Positions 12,864 through 25,289 of a DNA stretch of 64,000 nt are shown here, piece by piece. The notes below the pieces were generated by a model that saw only the letters and a program-made list of their open reading frames with translations, was not told where the DNA came from and ran no database searches. Both the position numbers and the translations under genes were made by a program. Positions within the stretch are counted from its first letter, which is position 1. Each line of letters starts with the position of its first letter. The stretch is taken from assembly GCF_001194135.2 (NCBI RefSeq), contig NC_068984.1, positions 123,282,416 through 123,346,415 of the forward strand. The letters run 5' to 3'. The DNA is from Octopus bimaculoides (taxonomy: Eukaryota).

Positions 12864-15284
12864 TTAATATTCATATTGCATTATTTAGTTATATCTAGGC
12901 AGTGAGCTGGCAGGACTGTTAGCACAGTGGACATGATGCTTAGCAGTATTTCTTCTGGCTCTTTATGCTCTAAGTTCAAATTCCACCAAGTTTGACCTTA
13001 CACTTCATCCTCTCAGGGTCAATAAAATAAGTATCAATTGAACACTGGTGTCCATAGAATTAACTTATCCTTTCCCTAAAATTGCTGACCAAAATTTAAA
13101 GCCATTGTTTAGTATCTCATTACATTTTGTGTTCAAATTTCACTGGGTTGACTTTGTATTTCAGCCCCCAGAATCGACCAGCAGGTTCCGAAGTAGTGGG
13201 GGTCGCTTCTATCTATTATGCTCTTCTTCAAAATCTGATGGCTTTGAGTCAATGTTAGAAATTGTTAGTGTTGTTGCTGTTTTTGTTATTATTGGTGTTT
13301 TGTTGTTGAAATCTCATACTATAAAATCCATGACTTTGTAACTTTTCTCACTGTTATGAGAATATTCAATCCAAAGTGAAAACATTTTCTTTATTTCTTA
13401 GAAGACAGTCTCAACAATAGTCCCAGTTAGTTCTTGCTTTCTCATAATTATGTAATGGTAAGGAACTATTCTTTGTTCTAAACTTCTAAACTAATAATTT
13501 AATTGGGATTCAGAAGGATATGACTCTTCCTTATTTTTCCCCCCCAAATCTCTCTTTTTTTATAACCAATGATTTAGTAGGCATGGATCAGTAAAAGGGT
13601 TTCACCCCTATTCGTCCTTACAAATCTGTCATACCTCGTGAACTCTCCACGTAACATGACTCTTGATCAAGAAACTTATGGACAGAATCCTCTCCATCTT
13701 GACTATGTCATATCCTTCGCTCCCTTTCTTCCTGGTTAATAAGGATCAAAATGTCCATGGGCTCAGTCAGCCTCTCATCTGTAAGTATGTCACATCTCTA
13801 AATTTTGCTTTCTATCTAGATGACCTGTCCAGAAAAATTCATAACAGTTGTGAATATGGCATTACTCCCTGATGTAATGGCATTACTCTATTTTCATATC
13901 AGGATACTTTTGTTTGTATTAGCCAATGATAATGATTGCGCTGTTGCTCTTTGAATCACTCTGCAATTATGATTCCCCATGGCAGGCTGTGTCTTTTCAA
14001 AAAGACAGCAGTGTTAAATGTACCTGCTTCTGAAAAAAATGAAATGAGACTGACAGTCATCAGGAATACTTGAACTACCAAGGATAATATATTTGTACTT
14101 GAAGGGTTAAAGAATTGGCCACTAATGGCTGATGAAATTGGAAGTATGGTAATCAAATAATGTGAGAATAATACTTCTTGGACCAATGCAGAAAGGCCTC
14201 TACATAGTTGCTTAACATGCTAGAAATAACAGTAAAATTCTTTGTAAACATACGTATTGTTTTTGAAAGGATGGAAGAATACATTGAATGACTGTGGCCT
14301 TAGGTAGACTGGTGCACTATGTTGGATGGTAATATATTTGATGCTAGGTCTTCACAATGCAGAAATGTAGAAATGTGTTTTCAATGTCACAGGTGCCAAG
14401 CTGTATCGGCCTTTACCTCTCCCTTGGATAACATCGGTGGCATGAAGAGGAAGGGCTGCTGGTCTTCCATAAACAACCTTGCCTGAACTTGTGCCTCAGA
14501 GAGTAGCTTTCTTTGTGCAATCCCATGGTCATTCATGACTGAAGGGGGTCTTTACCTCTTTCTAAGATTGTCACATTGGGAAGTATATTTTATAACATTT
14601 TTTGGTCAGCTGCTGATTACATGCATGATGTCTTCTACAGAAATGTGACTTAAATGACATTATCAATTGCATTTGGGGTTCCACTGTCTCTTTCGTTCAT
14701 GTATGCATTATAGTTAGGTGCAGGTGAGAATTTCAAAACAGTACTCTAAGTCAAGTGGCAAGAATCATGATTAAAACACCTCACATAAAGTGACCATCCT
14801 ATCTCCTTCTCTGTTAAGGGATCCTTTAGTTTTGTAAGTTAGACAGTGACCTCATTAGAGCTGGTGCCACAGAAAAAATACCTAGTATACTGTGTAACAT
14901 GCCTGGCATTAGGAAGGGCATCCAGTCATAGAAACCATGCTGAAACAGACACTGGAGCAAGTTCTGGTTCTCTGATCTATTAGATTCTATTAAAACATTC
15001 AACCAGTATCAGTATGGAAAGCAAACATAAAAATGATGATGTTGATGTTGTCATATATATCAACCCACAAATGCATATAATCAGACACACATACATAAGG
15101 TGTGTCTGTATGTATATATGTATGTATGTATGTATGTACATATACTATCCCTCTCAATCCTTTCTGTCAAAGAGCATAGGCTTGAAACATCAAAGACTTT
15201 TCCATTCTTCCCGAGTACCTGCTTGTTGTTCACTCACCTGTCTTCATCTTTTGTTTTCTGTAAATTCAAACTATACACACACAC

Positions 15285-15331
<47 letters not shown>

Positions 15332-16962
15332 TATGTATGCTTACTTTATACCCATCATCTATATAAGTATACACAAACATAGATATGAACACGCAAATAC
15401 ATGCACATAATAATACACACAAACATGTACACATACATTCATATACACATACATGTGTATATGTTTGAATATGTGAGTATATGATGAAGCACATTGGTGT
15501 TTCGCTTGAGCGATCCAGAGGTAGGTAAAACCACATGCCTGGCATCCGGAAGTAATTCTTCAGGTGAGGAACCAATCTACCTGAGTGTCTGCAGTTGTGT
15601 AGTTTTGGTAGGGGCAGCGTTGGTATAATGTATTGGTTGCTGTGTGGTGGTGATGATGCTGGTAGCAGTAGTGATATAGTATATTGGTACTTGTGTGATG
15701 GTGGTAATAGTAGTTAAGGTGTATTAGTTGTTGGGTAGTAGTAGTAGTGGTGTTATATTGGTGGCTGTGTGATGAACTGGTAGCTGTGTGGTAGTAGGTT
15801 TGTATTGGTTGTAGTAATAGTAGTAGATGTGTATTGACTGTTTTGGTAGTTGTGTGATAGTAATGGTGGTAGTATGACGTATGGGGCAATGTGATAATTG
15901 AGTTGTATGGGCAGCAGTATGATAATTGAGTTGTATGGGCAGCAGTATATTGTAGTAGTGTTTGTAGTTGCAGTTGTGGTTGTGTAAGCACACAGCAAGC
16001 TGAATCTGTGATGCAGGTTCAACTTGATTCCTCTTTGAGCTATTTGCATTTATTTCTTGCAGCTGAAGCTTCCCACTGGAAAAAGAGAAGGTTCACTAGA
16101 CGATCTGAACACCCCCCCCCCCCCGCACACACACACACACACACACCCGGACACACACTGTGGTAATGGGATATCTTTTGTGTTGATTCAGTGATCCATT
16201 CAGAGTTACAGGCATATCTCAGTTGTTGTTAACTCATGAAATTACCATCTCAGTTATGAATGAATTAACTTGTAAGACTTTTCACTGTAAAGTGATATTA
16301 GATATTACACGCACACAGACATACAAACACAGATGCATGCCTACAGACACACACACACACACGAGTGCATAATACATACATGCACACTAATTTGAGACCG
16401 AACAGAACGACAGACCCAGACAGGCCTGCCACTCTTTGCTGTATGAAACCAATGATTTGGATGTCCTGTCACTTTTTTTTTCTCATTTCTTGTAGACATA
16501 ATATACTTAGGGTGTTACCCATTGTGCCCTTTCTTTTGAAAGATGGTAAAGTATGGATCTGAAGAAGAATTGGCTCTTATTTCTAGCAGGTTGAGTGACC
16601 CTATTGAGGACTCCTTGTTTGTCTGATTAAAAGAATCTAAAGTAGAGCAATTTTGTCTTTTTCTTGTAGGTATATTCAGTCCAGGATTGCATTATTCAGT
16701 CTGTTTTTAGTCTTTTTTAAAACAGTAAGGTTTTATTTGAAGGAGATTTGGTAGTTATTTTTCACCAGCTGTGCTACAAAGTAGAGGCTTGTTTTGTTAC
16801 TGTAGTAGATTTTACCTAGGTCAGCCCTAACTGAGCAGACATATAATCAAAAGCATTCCACATTAGATCTTTTTTTTTTCTAGATTTAGTACACTATAGG
16901 TATACGTATGTTGCAGACCATGTTATCTAATATATCTTATTTTAAGAGAGTTGCGTGCAATC

Positions 16963-17108
16963 TAGGTATGGGCATACTGTGGCCTGCAGGACTTTTTGAA
17001 TGGCACACCTACAAATAAATTACCTTGAATATTTTAAGTAGTGCAGCCCACCTTATAATGAGCTGTGCCTCATGCGGTCTACTTCTTGAAAACGTTTATC
17101 TATGCCTG
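16963..17108. mobile_element. Degenerate ~145-bp hAT-like MITE; second copy at 60744-60883
   Basis: Both copies share G(C/T)GGC.TGCA.GACTTT.TGAATGGCAC.CCTA...CTCATGC.G.C..CTTCT.GAAAA and have ends resembling CAGGCATGGGCAA/TTGCCCATGCCTG. No TSD recognisable. Confidence 0.5.
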
Positions 17109-17269
17109 GCATAATCTGAGGAAGATTTAGCTGCTATTTCTAGCAAACTGCTTGACTACATAAAAGCTCTGTCATCAACTCATTCAGTTTCTTTTCTTTT
17201 CTTTCTTTCTTTCTTTCTTTTTTTTTTTTTAATGTTAACTTGAGAGGAAGTGGTTGTGTCTATGACTTT

Positions 17270-17640
17270 TGCAGGTCATCCAGCACTGGTGGAATTGATA
17301 CAGTTGATATCTAACTTGAATAGCTGTAAGTTAATAACTGTAGGAAAAAAAAGTGAATTTTGGAAGGCTGATGTTCCATAGCTGAAGAATTGAGTATATT
17401 GATTAGTATATTGTGTTAGTAAACATATAATGGATACCATGTTGAGGGCAGTTAGCAAGCTCTGTGATATACAGGCTGATGTAGTAGCTGTTGAAGATTT
17501 AGAGGAGGAGACAGTGCCTCAGTCTAGGCTTAGAGTTTTTTGTTGTTTGAGGCAAATAAGGTTAGGAAAGTTGATAGCCTTGGTATTGTTTATTAGTTTA
17601 GATGACACAAGATATGTCACACATGCATTGCTGTCACCCT
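17270..17640 (-). mobile_element. Decayed LINE ORF2 C-terminal remnant
   Basis: ...QFFSYGTSAFQNSLFFPTVINLQ resembles T..F.NSFFP.TI..WN.LP. A similar remnant (SFFARASTLWNLLP) lies at about 23420-23640(-). Confidence 0.45.
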
Positions 17641-17897
17641 CAGAGTTTCCGTGCTAGATGTGAAACTGGTTAAGACATTTGGCAAATAGTAATGGATCAG
17701 TCTGTCATACATTGTAGTACTGTAGATTGATTTTTTCTTTCTCTTTCTGGAAGAAATCAGCTGTGGATGGACATGGAAAAGGATGGGTCTTGCTAGGTTT
17801 AGATGTCTATGATATACTATATGTTTTGATAGTACCCTTACAATTTCATAAGCAGTTGAGGGTCCACAGTAAGGCAAGATAAGACAGCATTCTAGAG

Positions 17898-18194
17898 CAG
17901 GGGTTTTCAAACTGTGGTCCGCGGACCACAGGGGGTCCGCAAGGACAAGACAGGGGGTCCGTAGACAGCAAATACTTTTTATGGGCAATTTGATTTTATA
18001 TATGTTTTTTAATCGAAATCTTTTAATTGACAATAGACCTATTTGTTAAATACTGTTAAATAAATAAATGTAAAAATATATGTTATTTTAAGCAAATATT
18101 TATGTATAAATTTCATAAGCGTTTATAAGGGGGTCCCTAAGGTAAAGCCTGAAATATAAAGGGGTCCGCAAGTCAAAAAGTTTGAAAACCCCTG
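17898..18194. mobile_element. 297-bp non-autonomous hAT (Charlie-type) MITE
   Basis: Perfect 16-bp TIRs CAGGGGTTTTCAAACT (17898-17913) and AGTTTGAAAACCCCTG (18179-18194). Perfect 8-bp TSD TTCTAGAG (17890-17897 and 18195-18202). Subterminal GGGGTCC(G/C) repeats. Confidence 0.93.
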
Positions 18195-18719
18195 TTCTAG
18201 AGTGTTATGTCTCAAGCTACTGCTATCTAGCACCTTCGGATGATCTCTACTCAACTGCTACATGACGGCTACTCAACAGTCACTGCCACGGCTAGACTAC
18301 CTCTATTTATATGTCTTGGGCGATCCTACTTCTTCGCTTGAGGGCGTCGACACAACATAGAGCTTGAAAATTCAGTCTATATTGGTTTCAAATTTTGGTA
18401 CAAGGCTAGTAATTTTGGGAGACGGGGGAAGTTGGTTACATTGACCCCAGTGCTTGAATGGTACTTATTTTATCAACCCTGAAAGGATGAAAGGTAAAGC
18501 TGTCCATGGTGGAGTTTGAACTCAGAACATAAAGACGGATGAAATGTTGCTAAGCATGAAATGGAGCTAATGCTCCTGCCAGCTTGTCACCCTAAGTTCA
18601 GTTTATATTGTTATATTTCTTCTTTTCAACATCATCTTTATCCTACTTGAAGTTTTTTTCAGTTTTATCACTACATATTACGAAGATGCTTGTCAATTAT
18701 GCAGAGTCTCAGTCACTTG

Positions 18720-19150
18720 TTTATGTTAAATACAGTCATGAGCTGTATTGCTGTCCGTGGTACTCATTAATAGTGTCAACAACCACTTACTGCAGTGAAC
18801 TGTATCTCTCTTTGTGTCAACCACCTACAGAAATGAAATGTACTTATTTATTGTCTACCACCTACAGTAGTGAAATGTACCTCTCTCTGTGGTACATATT
18901 TATTGTTGCTACAACCAACTGTAATGAACTGTGGTCCTTTCTGTGATATACATTTAGGGTGTCAGTTATTTACAGGCATGAACTGTACCTCACATTGTGG
19001 TACATATTTATGTATCAACCACCTACAGCAATGTGACCTGTATGTCTCTTTACACTGCATATTTATTGTGTTTAACACCTTTAGGAGTGAACTGTATGTT
19101 ACTTTGTGGTTTATATATAATCGTTATCATCTACAACAGTGAAGTGTGAT
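18720..19150. repeat. Degenerate ~40-55-bp minisatellite (CAACCACCTACAG..GTGAA.TGTAC...)
   Basis: About 8 diverged units visible by eye. Confidence 0.7.
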
Positions 19151-19489
19151 GAGTAGTAAAAACTGTGTGGTACACACAGCCATACATACACTTATACATA
19201 CATATGTATACAGATATATCTGTGTATAAGTATATATATCGTCATCGTTTAACGTCCGCTTTCCATGCTAGCATGGGTTGGACGATTTGACTGAGGACTG
19301 GTGAAACCAGATGGCTACACCAGGCTCCAATCTGATTTGGCAGAGTTTCTACAGCTGGATGCCCTTCCTAACGCCAACCACTCAGAGAGTGTAGTGGGTG
19401 CTTTTACGTGTCACCCGCACGAAGGCCAGTCAGGCGGTACTGGCAACGGCCACGCTCAAAATGGTGCATTTCATGTGCCACCCGCACAA

Positions 19490-19534
<45 letters not shown>

Positions 19535-19718
19535 ATGTAACCTCATGTATATCGTTGGCGATTTTTTCTTCCTCCGTCTTCCCTTCTTTGGACTTTCCTA
19601 TATTTCCAACGAAGAGCTCTGCTCGAAACGTCAAATTCTCTTTCTTTCCTAACACAATATCTGTATCACGTCCTTGCGTTGTTGCTTTTTGTTTTTTTGT
19701 CATTTTTCTTGTTTGAAC

Positions 19719-19757
<39 letters not shown>

Positions 19758-22188
19758 GTCTGCCTGCCTATCTATCTATCTACACACACAGACACACATG
19801 CATACATACATACACATATATGTACAGAGAGAGAGAGAGAGAGCTAAATGTCCCTAGCATGTTCAGAATTGAACTGTACTCCACTCTGTATGGTAGATAT
19901 CTAGAAATTATCACCTCCAACTGTGAATGGTGCCCGTGACAGATAAATTTCATTTGCTATGATCTGTGTGTGTGTTTTTATGGTTAATAATGCAGTATTC
20001 AGTGTTCTAACAAGATATGTTAAGTTGGGTATAAAGATTACCTTTTGGTATTAATACTGCTTTTGTCGCTGATAATTAATTTTTAATAAGGCTGCTTGCT
20101 ATTGGTGGCATCAGCATCTGAATAGATGCTGATATTCTATATAGCATAGCCGTGAGATTTGGTTGGCATGCAGCGATTGGTGCTTTCCACTGAGGAGGTC
20201 CAATAGATCAAAATAATGTGATATGGGAATTCTGGTACCCATGACAGATGAATTTTGTCTGCTCTGATCTATGTATGTGCTTTAATGCACTAAGTGCCTA
20301 TATAAGAGGCTCTTGTGTGCATGTCTTTGTGTCTGTGTTTGTCCACTCACCACTGCTCAACAATTGGTGTTGGTGTGTTTACACCCCTGTAAGCTAGTGA
20401 TTCGGCAAAAGAAACTGATAAAATAAGTACCAGGCTTTAAAAAACAAGTCCTATTCAACTAAAACCTCTCAAAGCAGTGCCCCAGCATGGTCACAGTTAA
20501 AAATGACTGAAAGAAGTTAATGATAAATGATATATACTCATCTATACATGAAAGGATAAAGGTCCTTCCTGAATCATAGGGCCAGTTCCCCGGTTTCTGT
20601 GGTGCATATATTCCCCCCTGGATGGGATGTTGGTCCATTGCAGGATTTACTCACAACGCATCACCCAGTCTAGGAATCAAAATCACAATCTTAGAATCAT
20701 GAGTCTAATGCCTGAACCATTAGGCCATGTGTCCACCCCGCCCATATATATTATTCGAAGTGTACAATATTATATATCCATTACAGCTGATCTTACCAAT
20801 CGGTTTCATGCTAGGGATTCACTTCAGATAAAACACTCTATTGATAGATATATGAGTGCATTTTTTCCTGACTTATGGACTCTTAGATGACTTACATACA
20901 CATATATATATATAGATAGTTAGATATACACATATATACATATGCACTCACAGACACATACATATATATATCTGTCAGCAGTGGGCTATACCTTTCTTGA
21001 TACATTTTTTTAATCTGAGTGAAGTGTTTTTTTTAATTTTGCTAAAGTTGCTGTCTATAATTTCTGCACATATTTGATGTCACAAGAAGATTAAAAAACC
21101 AGACAAGCAAAGGACACTAATTAGATCCCAGCTTCAGCATTGACTAACTAAACATTTGGGTTGAGTTTTGCAGATGAAAAGGCAATGAGTTAGCCTTCTC
21201 AGCTGGGAAGTCACTGATTTGTGCTGTCACTTGTACTGCTTTGTGTTCATAGCAAATACTTACACAATGTAAATAAGTGTCCTACCTAGTTAGCCCTTAT
21301 ACTACGGTCGGTTTCATTTTGTTAAAGATCTTTTTTGGGACTAGTAGATTAGTGGAATTGTTAGAATACAGAATGGAATACCTTCTGATATCTGTTTGGA
21401 AATATTTGTGAAGGATCTGAGCTATAGTTCTTGTCCTTCCTTAGGACAACTGGTGACAAACTGAATGTAAGGAGTCTTGCCTGCATAGCCAATTGCTGAG
21501 CTTATATATATATATATATATATNNNNNNNNNNNNNNNNNNNNNNNNNNNNNNNNNNNNNNNNNNNNNNNNNNNNNNNNNNNNNNNNNNNNNNNNNNNNN
21601 NNNNNNNNNNNNNNNNNNNNNNNNNNNNNNNNNNNNNNNNNNNNNNNNNNNNNNNNNNNTTTCGTCTGTCTTTACGTTCTGAGTTCAAATTCCGCCGAGG
21701 TCGACTTTGCCTTTCATCCTTTCGGGATCGATAAATTAAGTACCAGTTACGCACTGGGGTCGATGTAATCGACTTAATCTGTTTGCTTGTCCTTGTTTGT
21801 CCCCTCTATGTTTAGCCCCTTGTAGGCAATAAAGAATTAAGAAGCTTGCTTCTCAACCACATGGTTTTGGGTTCAGTCCGACTGCATGCACCTTGCTTCT
21901 GGCTGACCAAAGCCTTGTAAGTGGATTTGGTAGATGGAAACTGAGAGTAGCCTGTCATATATATATATATATTACATATGTTTATATCTATGTGTCTCTG
22001 TGTTTGTCCCCCGAACACTGCTTGACAACCGGTGCTGGTGTATTTATGTCCCCTATAACTTAGTGGTTTGGCAAAAGAGACCAATAGAATAAGTACTAGG
22101 GTTTATTTCTTTGACTCTAAAACCCTTCAAGGCAGTGCCCCAGTATGGCCATGGTCAAACAACTGAAACAAGGAAAAGATTAAAGATA

Positions 22189-22237
<49 letters not shown>

Positions 22238-22241
22238 ATAT

Positions 22242-22290
<49 letters not shown>

Positions 22291-24904
22291 TACACAAGAC
22301 GTAAGGAAGCTCCGAATAATATGGAGTAAGAACAGTCCACTTGGATGTAAATTTTGAATTGAATATGACCTAGAATGATAGTAGTACCGGCAGGATTTGA
22401 ACCCAAAATAGGGAGAGAAAAATGTTTCAGACTGTTTAATGTTTTTTATTGGGTGTTTTCTTTTTTACTTACTGCATCATTGTCATCAATCCAGCATCTA
22501 CATAGTTGCACAGTCTGCTATACTTAATACCCAAATCTTGGTCAGATCATACCTACCATCTTGAAAGAGAACACATAATGTAATCAGGGTTGGTCACAGT
22601 TGGAATGCTTTTCATCATAGGTCTGCTGAAAAAAAAGTCATCCTTGCCACTAAACAACAGATCATTGCTTCTACTTGAATCAGAAGATTTAGTTTCTTGC
22701 TTCCACTGAATATTTCATCTGATGATGCATTCACATCGATTTCTGGTGATGTAATTCTTTGCAATATGACGATGAATGCACGGATCATGTATCTTTTATT
22801 TTTTTAGCCTTTGGACTGTAGCCATGTTGGGGTACCACCTTGGAGATTTTTTTAATTGAATGAATCAACCCCAGTACTTTTTTTAGTCTGGTATTTATTC
22901 TATCATCTTTTTTGCTGAACTGCTAAGTTACAGGGATGTAAACACACCAATGCCAGTTGTCAAATAGTGGTGGGAGACAAATACACTGACAAAGACAAAC
23001 TCACATGCACATATATATCCCGAGGCTATAGCAGAAGACACTTGCCCAAGGTGCCACGCAGTGGGACTGAACCTGGAACCATGTGGTTAGGAAGCGAGCT
23101 TCTTATTTCTTTATTGCCCACAAGGGGCTAATCATAGAAGGGACAAACAAGGACAGACAAACGGATTAAGTTGATTATATCGACCCCAGTGTGTAACTGG
23201 TACTTAATTTATCGACCCCGAAAGGATGAAAGGCAAAGTCGACCTCGGCGGAATTTGAACTCAGAACCTAAAGACAGACGAAATACTGCTACGCATTTCG
23301 CCCGGCGTGCTAACGTTTCTGCCAGCTCACCACCTTCTTACTGCACAGCTACACTTGTACCTATACTAGTATACTTTGTTTTTAACCTGCTGAGTCTGGA
23401 GGAAGGGGCAGTGTCCATGATCATTGCAGGCCCTTCAGAGCCTGTGAGTTTGATGTCAAAACCTGCTGGGAGGAGATTCCAGAGGGTCGATGCTCTGGCA
23501 AAGAAGAATGAGGCATAGTGGTTAGTGTGTGTAGGAGTTGAGTGGTGTTAGTAGATGTAACAAGGTTGAAAAGAAGTGTAGAGGAGTAGAGCAGGGCTAC
23601 CTGAATAGTGGATGCACTGCACCTATGTCAGTATATTTTTGCCAACAGCCAAACCTTATTAACAATCAAAGTTGTGATTCTGTTACCACCTGGTTATTAT
23701 TTTCATTATAGTGTTGCTTAACCCCAGTCTTTGATCATAGATATTCTAGCCATGACCAACCAGTCTTTATTTTCAGCCACAGCATCCCTTGGACCATATT
23801 ATCCAGTAAGTTCTTTCTCTTTCTTTAAGACAGTTTAGTGTGATTTAAGTGAAATTTGGCTGCTATTTCTAGCAGTTTGAGTAACCATATAGAGAGTTGT
23901 TTATTATTAACAGGACACTGGACAACAGAATTAGTAGAGCGCTGGAATAAATGCATTGTGGTATTTCGTTACAGTTTGAGTTCAAATTTCACTAGTATAA
24001 GCCTTCAGCACACAATATATCTACCAGTTAAGGACTGGGTAGATTCAATAAACTCCAAATAATATACAGCAAAAGACTGAATTAGTATAGTATTTTGCTA
24101 TTATTTACTTTATAGTGCAATTGGTAAACAAATGCCATTGGTTAAGGTATCTAACAGGAAAATCTTTGTATTTCTGACAGCAACAATGTTTGTGTAACTC
24201 AGTACAGAACCAACAGGAACAGAGGATTTTGTTCAGAAGGCACCCAGTTTTTCAGTATTTCTCAGATGTTTAAAGAATTTGTCAAAATACATACACACAC
24301 ACATATATCAATACGACTTATAACATGACAAAAGCCATTGCCGCATAAATACCTCCACATATTCTTTTAGAAGTTTCAGTAATTTGACTGCAGTACAAAG
24401 AAATCAACCCCAGGACCTATTCTTTGTAAGCCTAGTGCTTATTCTATTGGTCTCCTTTTGCCAAACCACTAAGTCACGGGGACATAAACACATCAGCGTT
24501 GGTACAAACGTAGATGGGGTTTTTTCAGTTTCTGCTCACAAGGCTTTGGTTGGCCCTAGACTATAGTAGAAGACACTTGCCCAAGGTGCCACACAGTGGG
24601 ACTGAACCTGGAACCGTGTGGTTGGCAAGCAAGCTTCTTACCACACGGCCATGTCTGTGCCTATGTATATATAATAATAATTAATAATCTTCATCGTTTT
24701 ATCATCTACTTTTCCATGCTTGCATGATTCAGATGGAATTTATTGAAGCAGATTTTCTACAACCAAATGCTCTTCCTGTTGCTACCCCACACCCGTTTCC
24801 ATGTAAGGTAATATTTCCCCATGGCAGGATATGGCTTCAAGGAAGATTGGAAATGGAGACCACTTGTTCACAATAATCATGTGGTGTCAACTTACATATA
24901 CATA

Positions 24905-25289
24905 GGTGTAGGAGTGGCTGTGTGGTAAGTAGCTTGCTTACGAACCACATGGTTCCGGGTTCAATCCCACTGCGTGGCACCTTGGGCAAGTGTCTTCAAC
25001 TATAGCCTCAGCCTGACCAAAGCCTTGTGAGTGGATTTGGTAGACGGAAACTGAATGAAGCCCATCGTATATATGTATGTATGTGTGTGTGTGTGTCTGT
25101 GTTTGTCCCCCCAACATTGCTTGACAATCGATGCTGTTGTGTTTACGTCCCCTGTCACTTAGCAGTTTGACAAAAGAGACCGATAGAATACGTACTAGGC
25201 TTACAAAGAATAAGTCCTGGGGTCGATTTTGTCGACTAAAGGCGGTGCTCCAGCATGGCCACAGTCAAATGACTGAAACAAGTGAAAGA
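24905..25289 (+). mobile_element. tRNA-headed SINE family B (CORE-like ACCTTGGGCAAGTGTCTTC), near full length
   Basis: A box TGGCTGTGTGG and B box GGTTCAATCCC (24958-24968). Other copies at about 8690-9230(-), 21840-22180(+), 22790-23360(-), 24400-24665(-), 26560-26800(-), 26805-27142(+), 52900-53320(+, interrupted) and 56480-56790(-). Confidence 0.85.

Noticed and set aside
20110-20133. 10-bp perfect inverted repeat ATCAGCATCT-gaat-AGATGCTGAT
   Set aside because: Too short and isolated to be distinguished from chance in 64 kb.
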